Source: Candidatus Latescibacterota bacterium
Lineage (GTDB): Bacteria; Latescibacterota; UBA2968; UBA8231
NCBI GenBank assembly: GCA_965204725.1
Contig: OZ242005.1
Location: 4,768,001 to 4,832,000 of the forward strand
DNA: 64,000 nucleotides
Reading direction: 5' to 3'
The notes below the pieces were generated by a model, which saw only the letters and a list, made by a program, of their open reading frames with translations, was not told where the DNA came from and did no database searches. The translations under genes and the position numbers were made by a program. Below, in pieces: positions 9,068 to 18,245 of the stretch. Position 1 is the stretch's first letter; the number at the start of each line of letters is the position of its first letter.

Positions 9068-10849
9068 ATGAAACGCAGCATCTGCATATTGATCAGCGCG
9101 TGGCTGCTCAGCGGCTGCGGCGACAGCCCCTCCGACCAAGAGCCAGCGGAATCGGCCAGCCAGCCTACGGAAGCCGAGCAATCGGAGTTTAAGGAGGTCC
9201 CCCGGAACCGGACCTTGATTATGGATTGCGCCGACAACAGCACGTGCGCCGGGCAAATCCAAGACTACAATTCGTTCAACCCCTATCTGATAGAAACCAC
9301 TTCGCGCACGGGGTACAATTTCGTTTTTGAGCCGCTGTACTTTTACAATGCCTTCGACGGCAAGCAGGTTCCTTGGATCGCCACCAAGCACCGCTTTAAC
9401 GCCGACTATACAGAAGTGGAAATCAACATTCGCCCGGGGGTCAAGTGGAGCGACGGCATGCCGTGGACGGCGCACGATTTGGTCTTTACGATCAACATGC
9501 TCAAGGACAACGCGCCCCTTTTGTCCTATTCGACCGACATTAAGAATTGGGTTCAAGAGGCCGTGGCGGTCGATAGCCTGACGGCGCGCATTGCGCTGAC
9601 GGCGCCCAACCCGCGCTTTGTATTTTCGTATTTCACCCACAACTTCGGCAATGGGGTGCCGATTGTGCCCAAGCACGTGTGGGAAGGGCAGAAGCCAGAC
9701 ACCTTTGAAAACTTCGATCCGCAAAAAGGCTGGCCCGTGTATTCCGGGCCTTACAAGCTGGCGTTATCCACGCCGCAGCAGCGGATATGGGACTTGCGCC
9801 CCGAGTGGTGGGCCGCTGCCACCGGCTTCCAATCCCTGCCCAAAGTTGAGCGCGTCATCTACCTGCCTTATATGGAGGAATCCAAGCGCGTCCAGAATCT
9901 AATCGCCAACCACATAGATACCGCCCTAGATCTCCGACCGCCCAACATCCTGACCGTGCTCGACCGCAACCCCCGCGTGACGACGTGGAGCGGGCGGACG
10001 CCGCCGTACGGCTACATTGATTTCTGGCCCATTTCGCTGGGCTTTAACAACTTAGAGGAGCCCTTTTCAGACGTGAACGTACGCCGCGCGATCAACTACG
10101 CCATCGACCGCGAGCAGCTCGTGGAGATCGGCTGGCAGGGAGCGGGCACTTCGACGCTTTTGCCCTTTCCCGAGTATCCCGCGCTTAGGCCGTACTTCAG
10201 CGAGGTCAAAGATTTGCTGGATCAATACGAGATCGGGGTTTTTGACTTGGACAAGAGCGCGGCCCTGATGAAGAAAATGGGCTGGCAGCGGCCCGAAGGC
10301 GGCTATTGGACTAAAGATGGCGAGCCATTTAAGATGGTCATCAACATCTTCCCGATTTTCCAAGACATCACGCCGGTCCTAGTCGCGCAACTAGAGCGAG
10401 CGGGTTTTGACGCGGACTTCCGCAACACCCCGGATAGCTATACCCGCATGTCGCACGGCGTGGCCCGCTCCTTTATTAACGGGCACGGCGGCAGCGTGCG
10501 CGACCCATACTTTACGCTGCGGCTCTACCACAGCCGCTTCGTGCAGCCCACCGGCCAACCGGCCGAGTACTTCTGGCGCTGGAAGAACGAGGAATTCGAC
10601 CGGATCGTCGATCAAATGGCGGCCGTCGCGCCGCGCGATCCGCGGCTAGTACAATTGTACCGCGAAGCCATGGAAATCTGGCTCGCCGAACTGCCGTCGA
10701 TCCCGATCCTACAGTGGTATCACCGCATTCCGCACAACCAAACTTACTGGCGCAACTGGCCCTCGGAATACAGCCCGTACATCAACAGCGCCTATTGGCA
10801 CCGGGTGTGGCTGTTGGTGTTGCTCAATTTGCAGCCGGTGCAGGGATAG
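9068..10849 (+). CDS. ABC transporter substrate-binding lipoprotein, family 5 (peptide/oligosaccharide)
   Basis: Lipobox LLSGC after MKRSICILISAW; IRPGVKWSDGMPWTAHDLVFT; VRRAINYAIDRE; no permease genes adjacent. Confidence 0.88.
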   Translation: MKRSICILISAWLLSGCGDSPSDQEPAESASQPTEAEQSEFKEVPRNRTLIMDCADNSTCAGQIQDYNSFNPYLIETTSRTGYNFVFEPLYFYNAFDGKQVPWIATKHRFNADYTEVEINIRPGVKWSDGMPWTAHDLVFTINMLKDNAPLLSYSTDIKNWVQEAVAVDSLTARIALTAPNPRFVFSYFTHNFGNGVPIVPKHVWEGQKPDTFENFDPQKGWPVYSGPYKLALSTPQQRIWDLRPEWWAAATGFQSLPKVERVIYLPYMEESKRVQNLIANHIDTALDLRPPNILTVLDRNPRVTTWSGRTPPYGYIDFWPISLGFNNLEEPFSDVNVRRAINYAIDREQLVEIGWQGAGTSTLLPFPEYPALRPYFSEVKDLLDQYEIGVFDLDKSAALMKKMGWQRPEGGYWTKDGEPFKMVINIFPIFQDITPVLVAQLERAGFDADFRNTPDSYTRMSHGVARSFINGHGGSVRDPYFTLRLYHSRFVQPTGQPAEYFWRWKNEEFDRIVDQMAAVAPRDPRLVQLYREAMEIWLAELPSIPILQWYHRIPHNQTYWRNWPSEYSPYINSAYWHRVWLLVLLNLQPVQG

Positions 10850-10896
10850 CCGCGGCCGCAGCATAGTACCGGGGTCGCTCGTTGGTCATGGGCTTA

Positions 10897-10966
10897 CTAC
10901 ACGACACCAGTCTCTAAGGATCGAGGGCATCTTGCCCTCGTCGAGGGCGGGACGCCCTCGATCCCG
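10897..10966 (+). repeat. Family A palindromic mini-element (REP doublet with left TIR), copy 1
   Basis: TTA|CTACACGACACC...GGATCGAGGGCATCTTGCCCTCGTCGAGGGCGGGACGCCCTCGATCCCG; same core at ~14724, ~20193, ~37246 and ~38911. Confidence 0.85.
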
Positions 10967-10998
10967 CTTTGCTGAGAACGCACTTCGACGGAGTGGGA

Positions 10999-11874
10999 TT
11001 ACTCAACGAAAACGAGCATACCCCAATACGTCGAATAATGCACACACTCGGTGCTGATAAAACGACTGTCGCCATCGGGGAAGGGCGACCACGTACTGAG
11101 CACCCCAGAATCCTCCTCGTCCCCCTGATCGAACCGCATGAAGTTGGCTTTCCACTTATCCCCCACCTTCGGAGGAATGGAACGATCCCCTAACAGGTCT
11201 AGATCGTCGGCTTGGACGCGGTCCGACAAGCTGTCCTCCTCTGCATCCTCATATCCATCCGCGACTAATGCGTTCAAAGCAGCTTGGCTCATACCGCTCC
11301 ACGGAAAGAGAAATTCCACCGTCCACGACTCGTCCCGGTCCGTTCGATCCTCCAAATTGCCCGATACGACAACCGCACTTTCAGTGCCGGAATCCCAGTG
11401 AAGAAATTCGGGCCTGCGGTCATCGGTCCATGGTGGATCGAGATAAAGGACGTCCGTCTGGGTATTGAGCGCGTTGATGATCAGTTGGACGTAAGGGGTG
11501 CCGTCCATGTCCGGGTCGAGAAACAACTCGACGGTATTATCCAAATACAGCTTTTGGTAGTCCCGTTCCGTAAACGTCGCCAGAATGTTTTCGTCCTTGC
11601 ACTGGAACAGGACCAAGAGTCCGCGTTCATTCCAGAGGGCTTGGACGGTTGTGATCGAAGGAGACAGCGTCTCCCCGTTGGGGTAAGCCCGGTCCACCAT
11701 TTTGGCAAGCGGGGCTAAGCTCCAGCTTTTCTCGTCGGCGCGGCCGTCTATGGTCATGTCCTCGTCGGTGAAGTGGACCTGATACTCCACAGGAATCGCC
11801 GAGGCAGCAACCGCCATCGCCAAAAGGGCGACCGGCAGCAGCCGTGCTAGGATGCTAAAACGAATCGCATTCAT
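10999..11874 (-). CDS. Secreted carbohydrate-binding family 9-like (CBM9/DOMON-like) protein
   Basis: Signal peptide; IDGRADEKSW, ALWNERGLLVLFQCKD, DNTVELFLDP, WTVEFLFPW, WKANFMR. Confidence 0.75.
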   Translation of the reverse strand: MNAIRFSILARLLPVALLAMAVAASAIPVEYQVHFTDEDMTIDGRADEKSWSLAPLAKMVDRAYPNGETLSPSITTVQALWNERGLLVLFQCKDENILATFTERDYQKLYLDNTVELFLDPDMDGTPYVQLIINALNTQTDVLYLDPPWTDDRRPEFLHWDSGTESAVVVSGNLEDRTDRDESWTVEFLFPWSGMSQAALNALVADGYEDAEEDSLSDRVQADDLDLLGDRSIPPKVGDKWKANFMRFDQGDEEDSGVLSTWSPFPDGDSRFISTECVHYSTYWGMLVFVE

Positions 11875-11923
11875 GTCCTACCTCCTTGGGATTAAGGATT
11901 GGTTTGAGATTGTCAGAGCCAAT

Positions 11924-14410
11924 CTACTCGCTCTGCAAGCCTTTGGTGATCGGCTCGCGCATCAGGGCTACCGTGTGCAACAACACCCCCGCACCGGCCG
12001 GGGCTGCCGCGGCCAAACTGCCCAGCGCGAGGAACAGCCATCCATCGTCTGTCCGTTGTGCGAACTGGCTCAACCATTCTTCGACGCCGAGGTGCGCCAA
12101 GGGGCCGATCAGCAGACACCCGGCCAGCACCAGCCACAGCAGCCGCCGCGCCAACAGACCCGCCACATGCCGACTCTCGGCACCCAACGTCCGCATGAAG
12201 GCGATATTGCGCCGCTGATGGGACACCGTAATCGCCGTCAGGCCGTAGGCTCCCAGCGCAGCAATGAACACAGCCAAGAGGGCGGACCCGACAGCGAGCC
12301 ATAGCCAGATTCGGTCGTCTCGGTAGTACGCGGCCAAGTGGTCTTCGAGCCGCGACAGGTGCAGGATTTCGTCGGGGGCTATGGCTTGCCATGTGCGCTC
12401 GATGTGCTCAAGGGCCTCGTTGCCGGCCTTGGGGGCAAGGCGCACGAAGAACAAGTCATGGTCTCTTATATTGGAGTCGAGTAAGAGCACACCCGGTTCG
12501 ACCTCGCTTTTCAGCGAGTAGAAGTAATAGTCGCTCAGCACCCCTACGACGCGCCCCTCGCCATTGGGCATCTGACGGGCTAGGCGTCTCGTAAACTGCA
12601 CCACTTGGCCGATGGGTTGGTCCCAACCTGCTTGGGCGACAAAGGTCTCATTGACAAGAATGCCCGCTTGATCCGGCCCCAGATTGGCACCCTGTACGAG
12701 GTGGAGGCCGAGCGTCTCGACAAAACTCGAGTCCACTCGTAGGCACTGCGCCCTGATCTTGCGATCTTTACCGGGCAGTATCGTCTCTTCCATCCCTCGC
12801 GTTGGCGTTCTCTTCTCTTTCTGTAAAAAATGATCCTTACTCATGGCCACCGACTTGATTCCACTATGGGCGAGCAGCCCCTCTTTGAGCCGATGCCGGA
12901 ACATCTTGTCGATGCCCTCCCTCAACGCATCCGTGTCAAGCATCAGCACATCGTCCGGCACGAAGCCCAGATCAAATGCCTGTAGGTAGTGTAGTTGCCG
13001 AGCCATCACCAAACTCATGCCCGCCAGCCCAGCGCAGGCGGCAAACTGCATCACCACTAACGCACCGCCTAGTGCTGACCGACGACTGAGGAGGCTGGTG
13101 CGACCCACCGCCTCGCTCGGGTTGATCCGCGCCAAAATTAGGCCGGGATAGGCGGCGGCCAACAGACTGGTGAGTACCAACAGGACCAGCCCACCCACGA
13201 TGAAGGAGGGGGCAAGGTAGTCGAGACGCAGGTCTTGACCCAACATTGCATTGAACGCGGGCAGCAGCACCTCGCCGAGAGCCAAGCCGACAGCCAGCGA
13301 CACGCCACACACTACCACCGTCTCGATCCAGAATTGCACCGGCAGTTGCCGACGGGTGGCTCCCAAGGCGACGCGCACCCCCACTTCTAACCCGCGCGTA
13401 CTCGCCCGCGCCGTGGCGAGGTTGACGTAGTTGACCACGGCTACGGCCAGCAGAAGCACAGCAATGGCCAAGACGATATAGGTCGCCAGCGGGTCGCGCG
13501 GCGGGGCGATGCCATCGTATCCGTCCCATTGGATCACGTCGGTGCCCGTGTGCAGCGTCGATAGGGGTTGCAACACCATGCTAAAGTCTGGATTGAGGGG
13601 AGCCAGCTTTTTGCTGTAATCGGAGGAGTTTTCAATGTACAACTGCCGTATCAAGGCTTCGGTCTGCTTCAAATCGCCCTCGTTGGCGTCCTTCAGCAGG
13701 ACGAATAGAATGCAGTTCCGGTCCCAGAAGTCATCAATCCAGCGCCACAGACGCTCCGAATTGTGAAAGGGCAATAGGATATTCAACTGAATCGACGAGT
13801 TCGCCGGCGGCGGGGCGACCACGGCTTGGATGGTGTATTCCTTGCGCTCGTGTTGGGGCCACCCCACATCGATCCGTATTACCTGCCCCACCGCCGGCTC
13901 GTCGCCGAAGTAGCGGCGGGCGAAATCGCGGCTGACCACGACGCCGTCTTTTGCCTGTAGAGCCGTCCGCGGGTCGCCCGCGTCGAGGGGGAAAGAAAAC
14001 ACTTCAAAGAAATTCTCATCAACCAGCAGAAACGGCTCGTCGTTCCACCTATCGCCTATCCGCACGCGGATGCGCCGACCTTCCAACGACGACCTGTGCC
14101 CAGAAGCCAGCCGGACTGTTTCCTCGACCTGAGGCACGGCGTTCTGGATCGCCTCGGCCATGGCGACCGGGGCATAATCCCCGAACTTCACACGGTCATA
14201 GCCCGGGATTTTGAGGTCGAACACCACCCGGTATAGGTGCGCCCCGTTCTCGTGGAAGCTATCGTAGCTCCACTCGCGTGACACCAGCGCATGCGCCAAC
14301 ACGCAGAAGCCAAACGCCAGCGACAGACTGCACACCTCAATGAAGCCCAGCAGCTTGTGCCGGCGCAGGATGCGCACGGCGGTCCGTAAGTAATTACCAA
14401 GCATTCTCAT
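11924..14410 (-). CDS. MacB/FtsX-like ABC transporter permease (double FtsX)
   Basis: MLGNYLRTAVR, NYVNLATARASTRGLEVGVRVALGA, second FtsX domain IAFMRTLGA; 828 aa. Confidence 0.88.
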   Translation of the reverse strand: MRMLGNYLRTAVRILRRHKLLGFIEVCSLSLAFGFCVLAHALVSREWSYDSFHENGAHLYRVVFDLKIPGYDRVKFGDYAPVAMAEAIQNAVPQVEETVRLASGHRSSLEGRRIRVRIGDRWNDEPFLLVDENFFEVFSFPLDAGDPRTALQAKDGVVVSRDFARRYFGDEPAVGQVIRIDVGWPQHERKEYTIQAVVAPPPANSSIQLNILLPFHNSERLWRWIDDFWDRNCILFVLLKDANEGDLKQTEALIRQLYIENSSDYSKKLAPLNPDFSMVLQPLSTLHTGTDVIQWDGYDGIAPPRDPLATYIVLAIAVLLLAVAVVNYVNLATARASTRGLEVGVRVALGATRRQLPVQFWIETVVVCGVSLAVGLALGEVLLPAFNAMLGQDLRLDYLAPSFIVGGLVLLVLTSLLAAAYPGLILARINPSEAVGRTSLLSRRSALGGALVVMQFAACAGLAGMSLVMARQLHYLQAFDLGFVPDDVLMLDTDALREGIDKMFRHRLKEGLLAHSGIKSVAMSKDHFLQKEKRTPTRGMEETILPGKDRKIRAQCLRVDSSFVETLGLHLVQGANLGPDQAGILVNETFVAQAGWDQPIGQVVQFTRRLARQMPNGEGRVVGVLSDYYFYSLKSEVEPGVLLLDSNIRDHDLFFVRLAPKAGNEALEHIERTWQAIAPDEILHLSRLEDHLAAYYRDDRIWLWLAVGSALLAVFIAALGAYGLTAITVSHQRRNIAFMRTLGAESRHVAGLLARRLLWLVLAGCLLIGPLAHLGVEEWLSQFAQRTDDGWLFLALGSLAAAAPAGAGVLLHTVALMREPITKGLQSE

Positions 14411-14471
14411 GGCTCCGGCTCCTTCCGTGTATCCACTTTCCTTACTAGCGTCACGGCCTTATCTCCGATAT

Positions 14472-14487
14472 AGCAAGATGTATGCCA
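14472..14487 (-). promoter_or_regulatory. Sigma54 (-24/-12) promoter for the permease gene
   Basis: Minus strand TGGCATACATCTTGCT matches TGGCAC-N5-TTGCW with exact spacing, ~60 nt upstream of the ATG. Confidence 0.8.
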
Positions 14488-14553
14488 TACTCTATATATC
14501 ACTGAAAAACAACGAGATACATTGAATCGGGCCTCTTGGCTGTGCTGGGGCGA

Positions 14554-14592
14554 GTGTCCGCTGGTGATACAGAGGTGTCCGCTGGCGATACA
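14554..14592. promoter_or_regulatory. Tandem enhancer (UAS) sites for an NtrC-family activator
   Basis: GTGTCCGCTGGTGATACA (14554-14571) and GTGTCCGCTGGCGATACA (14575-14592), 21 bp apart, each TGT-N11-ACA, upstream of the sigma54 promoter. Confidence 0.7.
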
Positions 14593-14694
14593 CTTTTCTA
14601 CGGCGGTCAGCCCCTAGCCACAGGCAGGAAGATGCGTAACGTCTGTTATTGATTGGGGAGTAAGGACTAGTTATATCTCTAATCAGATAGCTTA

Positions 14695-14774
14695 CTACAC
14701 GACGCCAGCGACCCGCTTTCCTAAGGATCGAGGGCATCTTGCCCTCGTCGAGGGCGGGACGCCCTCGACCCCGG
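14695..14774 (+). repeat. Family A palindromic mini-element, copy 2
   Basis: TTA|CTACACGACGCC...AAGGATCGAGGGCATCTTGCCCTCGTCGAGGGCGGGACGCCCTCGACCCCGG. Confidence 0.85.
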
Positions 14775-14791
14775 ACGCAGTTTGGAGAATT

Positions 14792-14917
14792 ATGAGCAAA
14801 ACATGGCCGGTACAGGACGCGACGGCGCGGTTCAGCGCACTCCTTAAAACGAGCCTTGCCGAAGGGCCGCAAAGGTCCGCCGGCGGCACACTCGAAAGCG
14901 GCTCCCATGCCTGTTGA
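14792..14917 (+). pseudogene. Phd/YefM antitoxin N-terminal remnant
   Basis: GGAG SD then MSKTWPVQDATARFSALLKTSLAEGPQ, matching the Phd N-terminal pattern (WxVQDAKARFSELL...EGPQ); similarity is then lost and it stops at 41 aa. Confidence 0.65.
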
Positions 14918-16283
14918 AGCCGACCACATCCTCGTCGTTGACGACGATCCCGATGTCCTCGTCGCGGCCCGCTTGCTCCTCAAGCAGCAGGGCTACCAAG
15001 TCCGCACCGAGACCGATCCCCAAGCCATTCCGCCCATCCTCAAGCAGGACGCGCCCGCAGTCGTCCTCCTCGACATGAACTTCACCCAAGAGGCGACCAG
15101 CGGTCAGGAGGGGTTCTACTGGCTCCAGCAAATTAGCGAGCTGGCCCCAACCACCGTCGTCTTGCTAATCACCGCGTATGGCGATGTCGAGATGGCCGTG
15201 CGCGCCATCAAGGAAGGGGCGGTTGATTTCGTGCTCAAACCTTGGCAGAACGAAAAGTTGCTCGCCACCCTGTCCGCCGCCCTAGCACTACACCGCTCGC
15301 GCCGGGAAGCCCATCGCCTACACGCCCGCCAGCAACGGCTGGCCGCCGACCTCGACCAGCCCTTTGGCGACATCATTGGCCAAGCCCCGGTTCTAAAGGA
15401 GGTTTTCCAAGCCGTCGCCAAGGTGGCCGCGACCGACGCCAGCGTCCTCATCCTCGGCGAGAATGGCACGGGCAAGGAACTAGTGGCGCGCGCCATTCAC
15501 CGCCGCTCGCAACGCGCCGGCGAAGTCTTCATCGCCGTCGATATGGGCTCCCTGAGCGAAACCCTGTTTGAGAGCGAGCTCTTCGGCCACGTCAAAGGGG
15601 CCTTCACCGACGCCCGCAGCGACCGCGCCGGTCGCTTTGAAATCGCCTCCGGGGGCACCCTGTTCCTCGACGAGATCGGCAACCTGCCCCTGCCCTTGCA
15701 GGTCAAGCTGCTCGCGGCCCTGCAAAACCAGCAGGTCGTCCGCGTCGGCGCCAATCAGCCCGTGCAAGTAGATGTGCGCCTTATCTGCGCCACCAACCAG
15801 CCCATCCACGAAATGGCCGCGGTCGGCACCTTCCGCCAAGACCTCCTCTACCGCATCAACACCGTGGAAATCCCCCTGCCTCCCCTGCGCGAGCGCCCCG
15901 AGGACATCGCGCTGTTGGCCCGGCACTTCCTCGACCTGTACCGGACCAAGTACCGCAAGGCCCTGACTGACCTGACCGCCGAGGCGTTGGCCCACTTGCG
16001 CGCGTACGCTTGGCCGGGCAATGTGCGGGAATTGCAGCACGCGGTGGAACGCGCCGTCATTATGAGCGAGGGGAACCGCCTGACCGCGAGCGATTTTCCC
16101 CTGATGGCGGCTCCATCCCCTCGGGAAGAGGTCGCCTTTGACAGCTACAACCTCGAAGACGTCGAGCACGAGGTCATCGCCCGGGTGCTACGCAAGCACC
16201 AAGGCAACGTCAGCCAAACCGCCCGGGAACTCGGCCTCACCCGCACGGCCCTCTATCGCCGCATGGAGAAACATGGCCTTTAG
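14907..16283 (+). CDS. Sigma54-dependent response regulator (NtrC family: REC-AAA-Fis HTH)
   Basis: ILVVDDD, LLDMNF, GENGTGKE, ESELFGHVKGAFTDA, WPGNVREL, C-terminal Fis HTH. Confidence 0.93.
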   Translation: MPVEADHILVVDDDPDVLVAARLLLKQQGYQVRTETDPQAIPPILKQDAPAVVLLDMNFTQEATSGQEGFYWLQQISELAPTTVVLLITAYGDVEMAVRAIKEGAVDFVLKPWQNEKLLATLSAALALHRSRREAHRLHARQQRLAADLDQPFGDIIGQAPVLKEVFQAVAKVAATDASVLILGENGTGKELVARAIHRRSQRAGEVFIAVDMGSLSETLFESELFGHVKGAFTDARSDRAGRFEIASGGTLFLDEIGNLPLPLQVKLLAALQNQQVVRVGANQPVQVDVRLICATNQPIHEMAAVGTFRQDLLYRINTVEIPLPPLRERPEDIALLARHFLDLYRTKYRKALTDLTAEALAHLRAYAWPGNVRELQHAVERAVIMSEGNRLTASDFPLMAAPSPREEVAFDSYNLEDVEHEVIARVLRKHQGNVSQTARELGLTRTALYRRMEKHGL

Positions 16284-16295
16284 AAGCCATTGCTC

Positions 16296-16571
16296 TCAGC
16301 CCTGCTCGTGGGCTTCTTTATACGCTTTCAGAACCGCATTGATCCGCGTCTGATAGCCTGCGCCTTGGTGCCGGAACCATTCTAGTACATCCTTATCCAG
16401 ACGCAGGGTAATCTGCGCCTTGCCCGGTGCCGGCTTCAAGCCCTTTTGCACGAGGGCCTGAGCGAACATTTCTGGCGACAGCGGCGGAACATCGGAGTAA
16501 TCAATGGCCTCATCCTCCATCGCGTCCAGCCGCTTGAGTGTGCGCTTGATAGATTCTTTGTTCGCGTTCAT
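16296..16571 (-). CDS. brnA: BrnA antitoxin family protein
   Basis: IDYSDVPPL...KAQITLRLDKDVLEWFRHQGAGYQTRINAVL. Confidence 0.88.
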   Translation of the reverse strand: MNANKESIKRTLKRLDAMEDEAIDYSDVPPLSPEMFAQALVQKGLKPAPGKAQITLRLDKDVLEWFRHQGAGYQTRINAVLKAYKEAHEQG

Positions 16572-16803
16572 TAGCTTTCCTCATCGAGATAATTCTCGTA
16601 ATAGCACCTCGCTGGGTATGTGCGACGACAACGACACGTCCCCGTAGGGAACCGAGGGTGATGAAACGCCGCTCGCCATAGTCTTGGCGCTCGTCGGGGA
16701 TGGTCACCGTGATGTCGGCAAAGACAGCGGCGGCGACCTCAAAGTCGATCCCGTGTTTGGCAAAATTGGTTTGCCGCTTGAGCTCATCCCACTCGAATCG
16801 CAT
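16510..16803 (-). CDS. brnT: BrnT family toxin
   Basis: MRFEWDELKRQTNFAKHGIDF...DYGERRFITLG...RIISMRKANERE. Confidence 0.9.
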   Translation of the reverse strand: MRFEWDELKRQTNFAKHGIDFEVAAAVFADITVTIPDERQDYGERRFITLGSLRGRVVVVAHTQRGAITRIISMRKANEREQRIYQAHTQAAGRDGG

Positions 16804-16885
16804 AAATAAATGTAACTACAATTCATAGCTACGAAAAAGGGGACCAGCCGTTTTCCGGTCCATCTCGTTGCAGGGACATTTCATT

Positions 16886-18223
16886 ATGAGCTTTAAGCAT
16901 CGTCTAATGCAAGGGTATCGCGCCTTTCGCACGCGGGTCGTGGTGCGCGTCGCCCTCCTCGGCGTCACCTTGTGGCTGCTGTTCTACGCAATAGAAGAGG
17001 CGAACCATCCGGCCATCGTCGTCGTCGTCCTCGCCCTGCTCTATCAGACCTACGCCCTCGTTCACTACGTCGAGCGCACCAACCGCGACTTGGCGCGCTT
17101 TTTGGCCGCCATCCGCTACGCCGATTTCTCGCAGAACTTTGTCTCCGGCGGCCTCGGCACCTCTTTTGACGAACTCAAGACCGCGTTCAATGAGGTCCTC
17201 GACGCCTTTCGCCAAGCGCGAGCCGAAAAGGAGGAACAAGCGCACTACCTGCAAACGGTCGTGCAACACATTGGCATCGGCTTGATTGTGTTCGACAGCG
17301 ACGGCGAGGTGTCGCTGATCAACAACGCGGCCAAGCGTCTTTTGGGAGTGCCTCGCTTGGGCCACATCGCCGACCTCAACCGCGTCAATCCCATCCTAAC
17401 CACTACCCTGCAAAACCTCGGCCCCCAAGGCCGCGACTTGGTGGGCTTTGCCGAGATTCAGCTCGCCCTCCACGCATCGGTGTTCCGCCTGAGCCACCGC
17501 GAGCACACCCTAGTCGCCCTCCACGATATTGGCCCGGACCTCGACGAAAAGGAAATGGAGGCTTGGCAAAACCTAATCCGCGTACTCACCCACGAGATCA
17601 TGAATTCCATCACTCCGATCGCTTCGCTGGCCGCGACCGCGGACGGAATGCTAAAAGAGGACATCCTCGACGCCGAGGCCACCGAAGACATCCGCAACGC
17701 AGTGAGCACGATCCAACGCCGCAGCGAGGGCCTGCTGCACTTTGTCGAAGCCTACCGCGGCCTCACCCGCGTACCAGCGCCCTCCTTTGAGATTGTCTCA
17801 GTGGCCGACCTGTTCGCCCGAGTGGAGCAGCTAATGCGGCCCCAGTTCGTCAAGTCCGCTGTCGAATTGCGGATTCAAGTTGATCCGCCCAGCCTCGAAT
17901 TGACCGCCGACCCCGAGCAAGTCGAGCAGATCCTCATCAATCTGCTGAGCAATGCCCGCGAAGCCACCGCCCACCGCGCTAGGGCCGGTGTTGACCTGAC
18001 CGCTCATCTAGCGCACGACAAGGTCGTCGTCGAGGTCGCGGACAATGGGTCGGGGATCGTCGAAGAAGCCCTCGGCAAGGTTTTCATTCCCTTCTTCACG
18101 ACCAAGCGCGACGGCTCCGGCATCGGGCTGAGCCTGTGCCGCCAGATCATGCGGCTCCACCGCGGGTCCATCTCTGTCCGCTCGGAGCCGGGAGTGCGGA
18201 CGGTGTTTGCGTTGCGATTTTGA
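16886..18223 (+). CDS. Sensor histidine kinase (NtrY-like, PAS plus HATPase)
   Basis: Two N-terminal TM segments; LTHEIMNSITPI H-box, QILINLLSNA, DNGSGI, FFTTKRDGSGIGL. Confidence 0.9.
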   Translation: MSFKHRLMQGYRAFRTRVVVRVALLGVTLWLLFYAIEEANHPAIVVVVLALLYQTYALVHYVERTNRDLARFLAAIRYADFSQNFVSGGLGTSFDELKTAFNEVLDAFRQARAEKEEQAHYLQTVVQHIGIGLIVFDSDGEVSLINNAAKRLLGVPRLGHIADLNRVNPILTTTLQNLGPQGRDLVGFAEIQLALHASVFRLSHREHTLVALHDIGPDLDEKEMEAWQNLIRVLTHEIMNSITPIASLAATADGMLKEDILDAEATEDIRNAVSTIQRRSEGLLHFVEAYRGLTRVPAPSFEIVSVADLFARVEQLMRPQFVKSAVELRIQVDPPSLELTADPEQVEQILINLLSNAREATAHRARAGVDLTAHLAHDKVVVEVADNGSGIVEEALGKVFIPFFTTKRDGSGIGLSLCRQIMRLHRGSISVRSEPGVRTVFALRF

Positions 18224-18245
18224 GCGGATCAGCGAGGGGAGACCG

